From the NCBI GenBank assembly GCA_040400605.1, contig JBBAPZ010000001.1, positions 158,444 to 222,443 of the forward strand: a stretch of 64,000 nt of DNA. The letters run 5' to 3'. The translations under genes were made by a program, and so were the position numbers. The DNA is from Candidatus Sericytochromatia bacterium. GTDB taxonomy: Bacteria > Cyanobacteriota > Sericytochromatia > S15B-MN24 > JAQBPE01. The notes beneath the pieces were generated by a model. The model was not told the origin of the DNA, made no database searches, and saw nothing but the letters and a program-made list of their open reading frames with translations. Below are positions 1 to 10,801 of the stretch, one piece after another; the first letter of the stretch is position 1, and every line of letters starts with the position of its first letter.

Positions 1-4
1 TACC

Positions 5-1261
5 GTGAGTGGCGTGTCAATCGCATTGCTGTTCGCGTGGGGCCGTGACGCCGGCTTGTTGCACTTGCGCCGTTTTTTTGGTCCCAAGGGCGTTGACATT
101 CGAACGGTTGTAGGAGATTTTGCCGCAGCGACGCGTGAGTCGTTGGATGTTAGAACGAATGCGGAAAATTTTATGGACGCCTTGGAGCACGCCCTGAAGC
201 CACGACATCAGATGCTGTTACTGAAAGGGGGAGCTGGCGACTATGACCTGTTCGCCAGTCGGGGCCTTGCCGATCCGACAGCGTATCTTTCTTTGGGGCC
301 ACAAGCGGAAGATGTGATCATCCCGCTTCGCGTCGGGGAAAGGACGATTCTGCGGCTCATGTTGGGGCGAACAGATCGTCAGTGGTTTGGTCGTGGGGTT
401 GAGTACGGGTCCGAAGACTACGCGTTGATTGACAGCCTTGGTCAGTCGTTGGCGCTGTCCATCCGCAACGCACAGTTGTTTGATGAGTTGGCCAGTCAGG
501 AGCGGATGCGGCGTGAGCTTGAAATCGGCTTTGAAGTCCAAATGGGCCTGTTGCCGAAGATACTGCCTTCCGTGCCCGGTGTAGCCCTTGCCGCTGCCTG
601 CTTGCCTGCCATGGAAGTTGGCGGTGACCTTTATGATTTCATTCAGATAGATGCGACACGCTGGGGCTTCTTGCTTGGTGATGTGGCGGGCAAAGGTGTT
701 CCCGCCGCGTTGATGATGGCGGTCACCCTGACGTTGTTCCGGGCGATCGCCCCTGGTATTCCTTCCCCCGCGCAAACGTTGACGCGTCTTAACAAGTTGG
801 TTTACCGCAATCGACCCTCAAACAAATATTTTGTCGCTGCCATTTACATTATTTATGATTCGCGGGATGGTTCCGTGCGGTTATGCAATGCCGGGTTGCC
901 ACATCCGTTGGTGGATGGTGTGGCCTGTCAGGTCACCGGCATGCCGCTGGGCTTGATGCTGAAAACGACGTATCAAGACCGCGTGATCGATCTCAATGTC
1001 GGACAAAATCTGGTTCTGTACACCGATGGCATTGAAGATGTTGAAAATTCCCAAGGACAGGCGTTTGGTCTGCAACGATTGCAAGCGCACCTCGAACGGC
1101 TGCGAGGCCACAGCCCAAGCGAGACGCTTGATGCTTTAAACGGGCGCTTGGCCGAATTCGGTGAAAACTCGCTGCCTGCTGATGATCAAACGATTTTAAT
1201 CTTGCAGCGCACTCAGATTGTTGGGCACTCCGAAGCCCTGCCTGGAGCCCCTATACGCTGA
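5..1261 (+). CDS. GAF + PP2C/SpoIIE (RsbU-like) Ser/Thr phosphatase; probably 5'-truncated by the window edge
   Basis: SpoIIE motifs EVGGDLYD, GDVAGKGVPAAL, LYTDG and DDQT, preceded by a GAF C-terminal helix (LALSIRNAQLF) and a coiled coil (RRELEIGFEVQ). Confidence 0.9.
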   Translation: MSGVSIALLFAWGRDAGLLHLRRFFGPKGVDIRTVVGDFAAATRESLDVRTNAENFMDALEHALKPRHQMLLLKGGAGDYDLFASRGLADPTAYLSLGPQAEDVIIPLRVGERTILRLMLGRTDRQWFGRGVEYGSEDYALIDSLGQSLALSIRNAQLFDELASQERMRRELEIGFEVQMGLLPKILPSVPGVALAAACLPAMEVGGDLYDFIQIDATRWGFLLGDVAGKGVPAALMMAVTLTLFRAIAPGIPSPAQTLTRLNKLVYRNRPSNKYFVAAIYIIYDSRDGSVRLCNAGLPHPLVDGVACQVTGMPLGLMLKTTYQDRVIDLNVGQNLVLYTDGIEDVENSQGQAFGLQRLQAHLERLRGHSPSETLDALNGRLAEFGENSLPADDQTILILQRTQIVGHSEALPGAPIR

Positions 1262-2250
1262 ATGCTGGCATCAATCAAGCGGGTCAATAGATCACCAAAC
1301 GAGATGCCAGCCGTACGTGCCGCAAGCGGAATCAACGATTGCTCAGTCAGTCCGGGCAATGTATTGGTTTCCAGGATGTAAATCCCATCACCATTCAGGA
1401 TGAAATCGCTACGCGAGATGGCATGGCAACCCAAACCGCGATGTGCTCGGAGCGCCAGCTCCTGGACCGCTTGGGCACGTTCGGGAGACAAAGGCGCAGG
1501 ACATACTTCGAGGGACGCCCCTGGGGTGTATTTAGCGGTGTAATCGAACAGGTCTCCGACTTGGGGTGTAATCGCAACCAGTGGCAGCGCCTGCAGTGGA
1601 TAAGTACCAATGACCCCTGCCGTCACTTCGATCCCCCGAATGCGCCGCTCAACCAGTATCTCATCGTCCATACCGGCTACGGATTCCATCACGGGCCAAA
1701 AGGTTGCAGGTGATTCGACGACACCCAGCCCCAACGTGGAGCCCTGGGATACTCCCTTGACAATCAGATCCCAGCCCAAGTTCTCACCGATGAAGGCCTC
1801 AATCACCTTTTTTTCAAGGGGTTGATCACCCAAAGCGGCCGCACTGGTCACACCAGCAAACCAGCCGACACCAACGACAGAACGAAAGTCATAACCAGGT
1901 GCCTGCAACATGCCAAGATCCCGGTAAACACTTTTGGCGCGCGCCTTATTCAATGCCAGCGCACTGCCAAGCACGCCGGAACCGTAATAGGGTACACCCA
2001 AAAAGTCTAACAATCCTTGAATGCGCCCATCCTCACCCCATTGGCCGTGCAAGGCCAAAAATACAAAATCTGCGCGCTGCTTGAGCGTGCACAACGCTTC
2101 CGGTGCCCGCAACCAATCATTCAATTCGATGGCGAACGCGTCAAAATACTGCGGATCCAAGTGCGCCAGCACCGCCTGACCGGACCGCAACGACACATCA
2201 CGCTCGCTGGATGGTCCACCCATCACCACTGCAACACGTCGCTTGCCCAT
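1213..2250 (-). CDS. ddl: D-alanine--D-alanine ligase
   Basis: GGPSSERDVSLRSG, LALHGQWGEDG, FDYTAKY, ILETNTLPG. Confidence 0.95.
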   Translation of the reverse strand: MGKRRVAVVMGGPSSERDVSLRSGQAVLAHLDPQYFDAFAIELNDWLRAPEALCTLKQRADFVFLALHGQWGEDGRIQGLLDFLGVPYYGSGVLGSALALNKARAKSVYRDLGMLQAPGYDFRSVVGVGWFAGVTSAAALGDQPLEKKVIEAFIGENLGWDLIVKGVSQGSTLGLGVVESPATFWPVMESVAGMDDEILVERRIRGIEVTAGVIGTYPLQALPLVAITPQVGDLFDYTAKYTPGASLEVCPAPLSPERAQAVQELALRAHRGLGCHAISRSDFILNGDGIYILETNTLPGLTEQSLIPLAARTAGISFGDLLTRLIDASIQRIGAPGRASECPTI

Positions 2251-2605
2251 GCTTTAAGCCTGTCTTTCTTCATGCCGCCGCCGTCAAGGCATTCTCGGAT
2301 CCGCGTCAACATCGATTCATATCGACGCCATTATAACGCCGCTTCGCACAACTGGCAGTTGTGGCCATCACGTCACCGGCTGATTGAAACGGAATGGTCC
2401 CACCGTGATCACGTGCTACCGCGGTAGATGCCGGCCAGACGCGGCAACGTGTCCTGTTGGTTAAACCAATCAAGAGTCCCGCACGGATGCACGATTGACC
2501 TGACCTGGATGCGCCAATTGTCAGAGCCCGCTTCTAAGAACTGCAACTGGCGGTTTTTGCCCATGGGCGCTATCCAGATCGGCTGTTAGCCTGCCTCACG
2601 AGGCG

Positions 2606-2614
2606 TGCTATGAT
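2606..2614 (+). promoter_or_regulatory. candidate extended -10 promoter (TGnTATGAT) for the PGI/PMI operon
   Basis: TGCTATGAT about 57 nt upstream of the ATG at 2671. Confidence 0.4.
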
Positions 2615-2670
2615 GGCGCAGACAGTGGGTCGTATGAATGATGAAAGAATGCAGCGAAAGGACGGGAAAC

Positions 2671-3729
2671 ATGTTGCTGGATGATCCGCAGCGATTGGCC
2701 GCGCTTGATGCTTCTGGGATGTTGCACTGCCTGCATGACCTGCCTGATGTCGCTTTGTCCTCGTTTGAGGGTGGTGCGAGCCAAGCGCTGCCAATCGCGA
2801 CACCCAAACTGATACTCGTTTGTGGGATGGGTGGCTCTGCGATCAGCGGCGATTTACTTCGAACCTTGGCGCTGGCCACGTGTTCCGCTCCGATTATGGT
2901 TCATCGGGGCGATCGCTTGCCGGCCTTTGTTGACAGCGCCTGTCTGGTCGTTGTGATGAGCTACTCAGGCAACACGGCGGAAAGTTTGGGTTGCCTGCAT
3001 GACGCCCTAGAACGCCAAGTACCGCTCGTTGTCATCTCAAGTGGTGGCGAAGCCTCCAAACTGGCCCACTCCCATAAACGCTCACTGCTGACGATTCCCG
3101 GTGGCAAGCAGCCACGCGCCGCTTTGGGGGAGTTGTTCTTCAGCCTGCTGGGACTGACCTCACCCCTCACCGGCATCACCGAAGAAGACGTTCGGTCAAC
3201 TGTACGTGCCTTGGTGCGGCTGCGTCAACAAATTGACGTCTCTGTCCCATTGACGGACAATCCGGCCAAGGCGCTGGCGATGGCGTGTCACGGACGCCGC
3301 ATCCTGATCGCAGGCACGACACCTATCAGCGAAGCAATCGCGAACCGCTGGAAATGTCAGTTCAACGAAAATGCAAAACTGACAGTGCAACTAGCGACGT
3401 TTCCCGAGCTTACCCACAATGATGTTGTCAATCTGCTGGATGCGAGCGATCCGACGGAAATGGCCCTCGTGTTCGCCGATCCGGAGGATTCAACACTGAT
3501 TCGGCGTCAACGGCAGATCTGTCTGGACCTGTTTAAAGAGAAAGGCTTGCTGATTGAAGTACTGGGCGCAATTGGCGACACGGCGCTTGAAAGATGCTTG
3601 AGTAGCGTGTATTTAGGCGACTATGTCAGCGTCTATTTAGCGTTTCTGAAGAACGTCGACCCTACCCCGGTTGATGCGATTACCCGTCTTAAAACGCGCA
3701 TGCAATCGATTGCGGAGTCTGCACGGTGA
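2671..3729 (+). CDS. bifunctional phosphoglucose/phosphomannose isomerase (SIS domains)
   Basis: GMGGSAISGD, SYSGNTAE, QPRAA, RWKCQFNENAK, PELTHN, DPTPVDAI. Start placed at ATG 2671 after the AAGGA RBS. Confidence 0.92.
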   Translation: MLLDDPQRLAALDASGMLHCLHDLPDVALSSFEGGASQALPIATPKLILVCGMGGSAISGDLLRTLALATCSAPIMVHRGDRLPAFVDSACLVVVMSYSGNTAESLGCLHDALERQVPLVVISSGGEASKLAHSHKRSLLTIPGGKQPRAALGELFFSLLGLTSPLTGITEEDVRSTVRALVRLRQQIDVSVPLTDNPAKALAMACHGRRILIAGTTPISEAIANRWKCQFNENAKLTVQLATFPELTHNDVVNLLDASDPTEMALVFADPEDSTLIRRQRQICLDLFKEKGLLIEVLGAIGDTALERCLSSVYLGDYVSVYLAFLKNVDPTPVDAITRLKTRMQSIAESAR

Positions 3730-4811
3730 AGGCGGTTATCATCGCAGGCGGCACCGGAACGCGTTTGCGGCCGTTAACCTATACGACACCCAAACCAATG
3801 GTGCCCCTGCTCGGAAAACCGTTCATGCAGCATCAACTGGCGCTATTGCGACGTCACGGGGTGTCGGATGTCATTATCAATTTACACTACCTCCCAGAAG
3901 TGATTCAAAACTACTTTGGTGATGGTCGCGATCACCACCTCCCCATCCGTTACAGCCTGGAAACAAAACCCTTGGGCACCGCTGGCGCGGTCAAACTGGC
4001 CGAAGAACATTTGGGTTCAGCGCCCGTTGTGATCATCAACGGCGATATTTTGACCGACGTGGACCTTCAGGACATGCTGGCCTTTCACCTCGAAAAAAAG
4101 GCAGTCGCGACAATCGCCTTGGCCCGCGTCGCCGATCCAACAGCCTATGGCCTCGTTATAACGGATGCCGAAGGCCAAGTGCAGCAGTTTCTTGAGAAAC
4201 CATCCCGAGATGAAGTCATTGCGGATACCGTCAACGCCGGCGTGTACATTTTGGATCCGCAACTGTTGCGCTTCATTCCGACAGGAGAAGCCTATTCTTT
4301 CGAGCGGGGCTTGTTTCCGCTTCTGCTGCAACTTCGCGAACGGGTTTATGGTTATCACACCCAACGTTACTGGCTAGACATCGGTTCACCCGAAAAGTAC
4401 CAGCAGGCACACACAGACATTCTCCAAGGACGACTCCGCATCCCATTGGACGCTGAACGCCGAACCGGTGACATCTGGGTGGAACGCGATGTCTGGGTGG
4501 ATGAAAGTGCAGAATTGAAAGGTCCGATTTATCTGGCAAAAGGTAGCCGAATCGGCAAGCGGGTATCAGTGACCGAATTCAGTGTCATTGGCCCCGGTGT
4601 CGTTGTCGATGATGACGCGCGGGTGGCCCAATCCATCGTGGGTGAAGGTTCTGTGATCGGACAGGGTGCATTTATCGGACACAGTCTCATTGGTTCACAT
4701 TGCGTGATCGGCGCAGCCTCTCAGGTACCGGAGGGTTTATTGCTGGGCGATGGCTCTTCCTTGGCCTGTGGAACCAATCTAAACCGTTTTTCGTCCCGGT
4801 TGAGCGCCTGA
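3726..4811 (+). CDS. NDP-sugar synthase (mannose-1-phosphate guanylyltransferase-like) with C-terminal hexapeptide repeats
   Basis: AGGTGTRLRPLT..PKPM, PLGTAGA, NGDILTD, YWLDIGSP. GTGA overlap with the upstream gene. Confidence 0.92.
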   Translation: MKAVIIAGGTGTRLRPLTYTTPKPMVPLLGKPFMQHQLALLRRHGVSDVIINLHYLPEVIQNYFGDGRDHHLPIRYSLETKPLGTAGAVKLAEEHLGSAPVVIINGDILTDVDLQDMLAFHLEKKAVATIALARVADPTAYGLVITDAEGQVQQFLEKPSRDEVIADTVNAGVYILDPQLLRFIPTGEAYSFERGLFPLLLQLRERVYGYHTQRYWLDIGSPEKYQQAHTDILQGRLRIPLDAERRTGDIWVERDVWVDESAELKGPIYLAKGSRIGKRVSVTEFSVIGPGVVVDDDARVAQSIVGEGSVIGQGAFIGHSLIGSHCVIGAASQVPEGLLLGDGSSLACGTNLNRFSSRLSA

Positions 4812-4947
4812 TTGTGGCTCAACCGTGTACCACGTCGTCAGCCATCGATAAGTTTGGTGAGTTCATGCAGACAACTCGCAGGTCCCTCAACTGGCGAAAT
4901 CAAGTTGCCCGAAGAGATGCCTGTTCGATGCAATGATAGCGGAGCGT

Positions 4948-5049
4948 GTGCATTTATTGGACACCGTCTCATTGGTTCGTAAGCAGTAATCGGCGCAGAC
5001 TCTCAGGTACCGGAGGGTTAATTACTGGGCGATAGCTCTTCCTTGGCCT
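4948..5049 (+). repeat. diverged non-coding direct copy of 4666-4767 (3' region of the NDP-sugar synthase gene)
   Basis: Ungapped 102-bp alignment at offset 282 with 13 mismatches by hand count. Confidence 0.9.
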
Positions 5050-5196
5050 AATGCCCTCAAGCAGATTAACGTCTCTGACTTTGTCAGATGGTCCATTTCC
5101 AGAAGTCACGGGCAGACCGTTACGGGATGAGTAGATGAATCGCTGCCCGGGCACCCGGGTTTTGACAACTGATGACTGACTCGCCGGCCGATGTTG

Positions 5197-5526
5197 TCAC
5201 CTACCGATACTTCGACCATCAGATGTCTGAAGACGGTCCTCACACACTGTCATTCGATAGACCAGCCTAATCGAATCAGTCATGGCCCTCATATGTTCGA
5301 TTTTTGCCACCAGGCCGGGTGAAACCGGTGTCTCCAATTCATCAAAGGCTTCTGCCGAAGGCCATTGCGCATAGGCGACGTACACACCGGGCGCTTCGGT
5401 TGTATGCAGTCGAGAACCCCAACTACCTCGAAGGTCAAAAATCATATCTGTCACGCTTTGCCACGCGATCTCAAAGTCCGCTTCACATCCAGACCTGACC
5501 TGAAACTCATACAGTGCGACAAACAC
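5197..5526 (-). CDS. antibiotic biosynthesis monooxygenase (ABM)-like dimeric alpha/beta barrel protein
   Basis: FVALYEFQVRSGCEADFEIAW...GSRLH...YVAYAQWPSAEAF pattern. GTG 5526 follows GAGGA. Confidence 0.8.
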   Translation of the reverse strand: MFVALYEFQVRSGCEADFEIAWQSVTDMIFDLRGSWGSRLHTTEAPGVYVAYAQWPSAEAFDELETPVSPGLVAKIEHMRAMTDSIRLVYRMTVCEDRLQTSDGRSIGR

Positions 5527-6115
5527 GACATATCCTCGCGATAGGAGCAAGCGTAATTGGCAAAGACCCAGAGCACACTGTTGCGCGGATTATCGGAACA
5601 AAGTCGTCATCAGCAAGTCTGCGCCCAGCCATTCACTATAATAGTGCAATCGTTGTTCGAGAAAAACCGCTCTCATCTCTTACCACTACTTGAAGGCCGT
5701 CTTGACCTGACAGACGATAATAATGGTATATTACCCCATTCGACTTTCCGTCGTGGCAAGACGAGACGCGACACGAATATTGGGCAGACCAGCCACCAAA
5801 TTCACCTTCGCAGTAGGCTGCGCTGACCAGTCAAATTGACGGTTCCATTCAGCGGGCTGTCGACAGTTTCCAGTAAAAAAAAACGTCGAAATCAAGTCAT
5901 CGTCTTGTCAGTGAAAATATTCGTTCCACAAAATTAGTTCTATTCGTATGCGGACGAATGCTGATCAAAAAAGCGTCACATCGGTATTTCGATCATTTTT
6001 CAATTCGTGAAGTGCCGAACGGGCGTTCAGCAGACTACCATAATCTTTTTTCAAAAAATGTGGGTATAAGGTCAGAGGTATTGCCCAAAGCATCGTCCGT
6101 ACGTGACGTTGACCT

Positions 6116-7939
6116 ATGCGGAGAAGCGTAATGGGTATTCAGTGGTTGGTCAGTTTTTTAAGGCACCCGCGCACGGAGCGAGTGTGCTTTGTGTTTTTTC
6201 TAGCTGCAACAGCGTGGCTGACAGGGCAAGTCGTGGGTCAAGAGCTGACTCAACTCGGCGTAGGTATCGAGTACTGGAACACTCCGATGGCCATCGTGCG
6301 TGGTTTCATGTACTTCGGCCAGTATACCTTGGGTGGTCCATATTTTTACTTTTTGGCTCTTATGGCATTGGTGTTGAGTCGTGACGTGTTGTCGTTGCCT
6401 GGACGATATCGCCAAGTAGGCCCTTTTTTCATTTCGATGACGGCGTTACTCACCTCCGGCTTTGCTGCGGTACTGGTTATTGGCTTTCTGGTCATTTGTT
6501 TTGAGGTCTTGCGACCGCGCGGGCGCACTTGGAACCTTTTGGCAGAATGGGCCCAATCCAGTTGGGGTTTTTACCTGTTTCATCGCGTTTTGACCTATCA
6601 GCACAATTTTGGATTTGGATTCCCGTCTCGCGAAGACAATCGCTATATTTTGGCTGGGTTCTTGACTTTTTGTTGTTGGTTGATTGCAGTTGAGTCGCTC
6701 AAAAATTGGTTGAATGATAATGCATGGCAGTGGCCTGCGTTCGCCAGGCAAATTTCCTTGGAAGTCTTGGCCCACGGCTTTGCCTTGGCCGTCGCCTTGG
6801 TGTCAACGGCGATGCGCGGGGCGCAAGGGTGGGTCGGGGTGTTCTTGGTTTTGGTTCCCGCTATGGCGTTGGTTTATGGTTTTAATCTGTATACCCGAGT
6901 GCGAGAATCCGAACAGGAGTTGGCGGCGCGCAGTGCACAGTTGACCTCATTGCATACCATCACGCGACACATTTCCTCGCAGATTGACCTGGCGCAAACC
7001 CTCAGTGTTATTGTGGAACAGGTTCCCAAGGTTCTCAATTGCTCCAAATGCCTGTTGCTGTTGATGGATGCTAAAACTGGTGTATTGTTGACGCATTCGC
7101 GTCAGGACGATGCGCTGGCTGGTAGCTTGCGTGTGGCACCTGATGACGCATTTGTACGCGAGTTGTTTTCCAATCCAGGCATCACCAATTATCCTGATTT
7201 GCGGGTTCATCCACAAATCAACCCGGCGTTTGCGGATTACGGATCCTTGCTTGCCGTGCCCTTGTTGAGCGAGCGTGAGGTAGTGGGTTTATTGGCGCTG
7301 GTGCACGTCACCAGGGATTTTTATGACACCGACGACGCGAACGTTTTGCAGATTGTGGCTTCCCAAGCCACCAGCGCGATCAACAATGCACAGCTGTATC
7401 GTCAAAGTCAGATGCTGGCGTACACGGACGGTCTCACAAAAGTTTTCAACCGCCGTTACTTTGAGGATCAGTTTAATAAGGAGATGGCACGTTCGAGACG
7501 GATGAAGCGGCCTGTTTCAGTTCTGTTGCTGGACGTTGATCACTTCAAAAAGTTTAATGATACCTACGGACACGCGACGGGCGACGATGTCCTGCGGATG
7601 GTTGGGCAAAGTCTGCCAGCAGCAGTCCGCGAAACCGACACGGTTGCACGATACGGTGGTGAAGAATTTGTCATCTTGCTGCCTGAAACCCCTCTGGACC
7701 GGGCCGCCGAGGTGGCGGAGCGTGTGAGATTAAAAGTCAAGGCAGCTGGGGTTCAGAGCGCCGACGGCGCCCTTTTAAATGTAACCGTCAGTATTGGTGT
7801 CGCAACCGTGATTGATGAAGACCTTAGTGGTGCTGATGTGTTGGCCGTTGCTGACGGCAATCTTTATCACGCTAAACGTCAAGGACGTGATCAAGTTTGT
7901 TGCATCGACGTGGTCGCCAAGCCAAGTGGCGTGGTTTAA
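6116..7939 (+). CDS. membrane-bound GAF-GGDEF diguanylate cyclase
   Basis: Multi-TM N-terminus, GAF domain, then DGLT, DVDHFKKFNDTYGH..GD and RYGGEEF. Confidence 0.93.
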   Translation: MRRSVMGIQWLVSFLRHPRTERVCFVFFLAATAWLTGQVVGQELTQLGVGIEYWNTPMAIVRGFMYFGQYTLGGPYFYFLALMALVLSRDVLSLPGRYRQVGPFFISMTALLTSGFAAVLVIGFLVICFEVLRPRGRTWNLLAEWAQSSWGFYLFHRVLTYQHNFGFGFPSREDNRYILAGFLTFCCWLIAVESLKNWLNDNAWQWPAFARQISLEVLAHGFALAVALVSTAMRGAQGWVGVFLVLVPAMALVYGFNLYTRVRESEQELAARSAQLTSLHTITRHISSQIDLAQTLSVIVEQVPKVLNCSKCLLLLMDAKTGVLLTHSRQDDALAGSLRVAPDDAFVRELFSNPGITNYPDLRVHPQINPAFADYGSLLAVPLLSEREVVGLLALVHVTRDFYDTDDANVLQIVASQATSAINNAQLYRQSQMLAYTDGLTKVFNRRYFEDQFNKEMARSRRMKRPVSVLLLDVDHFKKFNDTYGHATGDDVLRMVGQSLPAAVRETDTVARYGGEEFVILLPETPLDRAAEVAERVRLKVKAAGVQSADGALLNVTVSIGVATVIDEDLSGADVLAVADGNLYHAKRQGRDQVCCIDVVAKPSGVV

Positions 7940-8107
7940 AGCCATCTCGGACGTGATAAGGCACTAAAAATTGCGGAGTCGACGCTGCCCAACCTGGGTA
8001 TGTGCCGTCGGCTATGGTGGCTGCCCAAATTGGGTTTTTCGCTTGTCACGCGGTGCAAAAGTCAGTCTGTTCTGTCCCGAGTGAGGTTTCACTCAATGAC
8101 TGGCGCC

Positions 8108-10801
8108 CTAGCGATCGCCTTCCTCCAGCGTACCGAGTGCGGCACGTGCCGCAGCCAGACGCGCAATCGGGACGCGATACGGCGAACAACTGACGTAATC
8201 CAGTCCGATCGCGTGTGCGAAGGCGATTGAGCGGGGCTCACCACCGTGTTCGCCACAGATGCCTAACTGGAGTGTGGCGCGTGTGGAACGACCCAACTCG
8301 CACGCCATCCGCATGAACATGCCGACCCCATCCTGGTCGAGTACCTCAAACGGGTTGTCCTGTAAAATGTGGTTTTGGAGATAACAGCCCAAAAAATGGC
8401 GCTCGGCATCATCACGGCTAAAACCAAACGTCATCTGGGTCAGGTCGTTGGTACCAAACGAGAAGAATGCCGCTTCACGCGCGATGGCATCCGCGGTCAA
8501 TGCTGCGCGTGGAACTTCAATCATGGTTCCAGTTTCATAAGGGATGTCCAAGCCTGCTTCGCTCAGGATCGCTTGCGCGACCGCTTGGATCTGCCGCTTG
8601 ACGGCAATCAACTCGTTCACGTGCGCAACCAACGGAATCATGATTTCCGGCCGCACCGCCATCCCGTCGCGAACCACATCACAGGCAGCTTCAAAAATGG
8701 CGCGCACTTGCATCGCATTGATTTCCGGGTGCAACAGCCCCAGCCGACAACCCCGCAAGCCCATCATCGGGTTGAGTTCCTGCATGCGCGTAACTGTCTC
8801 CAGCGCAGCGTGGAGCGATGCCAACCGCAGGGGGTTTTTACCGCTTGCGCTTAAATCGCCAATTTCGGCGTGCAACTCTCCAATCGACGGTAAAAATTCG
8901 TGCAACGGCGGGTCAAGCAAACGTATCGTGACAGGCAAACCGCGCATAACCTTGAAAATCTCGTAAAAGTCCTGGCGTTGCATGGGCAACAGGCGTTGAA
9001 GCGCAGCGTCGCGAGTTTTTTGGTCATCCGCAAGAATCAACTCACGCATGACTCCAAGGCGTGACTCGGACATAAACATGTGTTCGGTTCGGCATAGCCC
9101 GATGCCCTTGGCACCCAGTTCGAGTGCACGTTGTGCATCTTGCGGGGTGTCGGCGTTGCTGCGCACCTGTAGACGGCTGTGCTGATCCGCCCAAGCCATC
9201 AACCGTTCGAACTCAGGTGGTAGAATCGGGTCAACGAGGCCAACGGTGCCGTCAATCACCTCACCCGTGCTGCCGTTCAATGTCAGCACATCGTCAGCGC
9301 GCCAAACCCGTTCGCCAATACGCAAGGTATCTGCCATCAGATCCAATTCCAGTGCATCACAGCCCGCAACACACGGAATCCCCATGCCCCTTGCAACCAC
9401 CGCGGCATGGCTTGTCATCCCCCCACGACTGGTGAGTACACCTTGCGCGTGAATCATGCCGTGAATATCATCCGGGCAGGTCTCTTCCCGGACCAAAATA
9501 ACTTTCTCCCCCTTTGAACCACGTTTTTGGGCCTCGTTGGCACTAAACACGATGACACCCGTCGCTGCACCGGGGGATGCAGCCAAGCCGCGCGCAACAA
9601 CGAGGGGTTGCGCCTGTGGATCCAAACGGCGATGCAACAACTGGTTCAAACTCTGGGGATCGATACGCAGCAACGCGTCTTTTTGATCAATCAGGCCTTG
9701 ATCCACAAAATCCGTTGCTATACGCAAAGCCGCTTGAGCCGTCCGTTTCGCGCTACGTGTCTGCAACAGGTACAAGGTTCCTTGCTCAATCGTAAACTCA
9801 AGGTCCTGCACATCGCGATAATGTGTTTCCAATGTTTTTGCCAAAGCATTCAAACGCGTAAAAAGCTCGGGAAATGCGGTTTGAAGCTCGCAGATGGGAT
9901 GCGGCGTTCGCACACCGGCGACAACATCTTCACCTTGTGCATTGAGCAAATACTCACCATACAATCCCGGCTCACCCGTGCTCGGATTCCGTGTAAACGC
10001 GACACCTGTTCCCGAATCAGGCCCCATGTTGCCAAAGACCATGACCTGAATGTTCACAGCTGTACCAAGATCCTCAGCGATCCGATGATACGCCCGATAC
10101 GTCTTGGCCCGTTGCGTGTTCCAACTCTTGAAAACCGCTTCGATCGCACCACGCAACTGAACCATTGGGTCCAAAGGAAAACCGCAGCGCCGCTCGCGTA
10201 CCACAACCGCCAAGAATCGCGGAATCAGCGCTTCAAACGCGTCAACACCCAACTCGTGATCGAAGCTGACGCCGCGTTCGTGTTTGCACTGATTCAGCAC
10301 CGTTTCAAATGCTTGCGCCGCAATACCCATCACAACATTGCCATACATCGCGATGAAGCGGCGAAAAACATCCAACGCAAACCGACGATCACCACTTTGC
10401 GCCGCCATAGCAGCCACCGTTTCATGATTCAACCCCAAATTCAACACCGTATCCATCATTCCCGGCATCGAAAAACGTGCACCGGATCGCACCGACACAA
10501 GCAAGGGACGCTTCGCGTCACCAAAAGCCCTTCCCGTTTGTTGTTCGAGTTGCGCAAGATAGCTTAGAATCTCCTCCCACAGTCCGACCGGCAACTGCTG
10601 TCCCAGCTCCAAATATGTTTGACAAACGCTGGTGGCAATTGTGAATCCAGGTGGCACTGGCAACCCAAGACGGGTCATTTCAGCTAAATTGGCGCCCTTG
10701 CCACCCAAAATATCCCGCATCGTCGCATCGCCCTCATCAAAGCGATACAAACGCTTGTTCGGATCACCCGTCTTGGGCGTGACAAGCGACGGCCAACTCA
10801 T
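8108..10801 (-). CDS. ppdK: pyruvate, phosphate dikinase
   Basis: LGGKGANLAEM, GGMTSHAAVVARG, GIGLCRTEHMF, FSFGTNDLTQ, GICGEHGG. Confidence 0.97.
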   Translation of the reverse strand: MSWPSLVTPKTGDPNKRLYRFDEGDATMRDILGGKGANLAEMTRLGLPVPPGFTIATSVCQTYLELGQQLPVGLWEEILSYLAQLEQQTGRAFGDAKRPLLVSVRSGARFSMPGMMDTVLNLGLNHETVAAMAAQSGDRRFALDVFRRFIAMYGNVVMGIAAQAFETVLNQCKHERGVSFDHELGVDAFEALIPRFLAVVVRERRCGFPLDPMVQLRGAIEAVFKSWNTQRAKTYRAYHRIAEDLGTAVNIQVMVFGNMGPDSGTGVAFTRNPSTGEPGLYGEYLLNAQGEDVVAGVRTPHPICELQTAFPELFTRLNALAKTLETHYRDVQDLEFTIEQGTLYLLQTRSAKRTAQAALRIATDFVDQGLIDQKDALLRIDPQSLNQLLHRRLDPQAQPLVVARGLAASPGAATGVIVFSANEAQKRGSKGEKVILVREETCPDDIHGMIHAQGVLTSRGGMTSHAAVVARGMGIPCVAGCDALELDLMADTLRIGERVWRADDVLTLNGSTGEVIDGTVGLVDPILPPEFERLMAWADQHSRLQVRSNADTPQDAQRALELGAKGIGLCRTEHMFMSESRLGVMRELILADDQKTRDAALQRLLPMQRQDFYEIFKVMRGLPVTIRLLDPPLHEFLPSIGELHAEIGDLSASGKNPLRLASLHAALETVTRMQELNPMMGLRGCRLGLLHPEINAMQVRAIFEAACDVVRDGMAVRPEIMIPLVAHVNELIAVKRQIQAVAQAILSEAGLDIPYETGTMIEVPRAALTADAIAREAAFFSFGTNDLTQMTFGFSRDDAERHFLGCYLQNHILQDNPFEVLDQDGVGMFMRMACELGRSTRATLQLGICGEHGGEPRSIAFAHAIGLDYVSCSPYRVPIARLAAARAALGTLEEGDR

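Noticed and set aside
5551..6115. Long intergenic region upstream of the diguanylate cyclase
   Set aside because: It has an AT-rich promoter-like patch, but no repeat, RNA motif or credible ORF that I can support.
9527..10567. Long antisense ORFs (also 23374-24381, 26921-27832, 36480-37475, 45017-46027)
   Set aside because: They lie opposite well-supported genes (ppdK, GH3, Rieske, pgi, ABC-F) and are typical codon-bias shadows.
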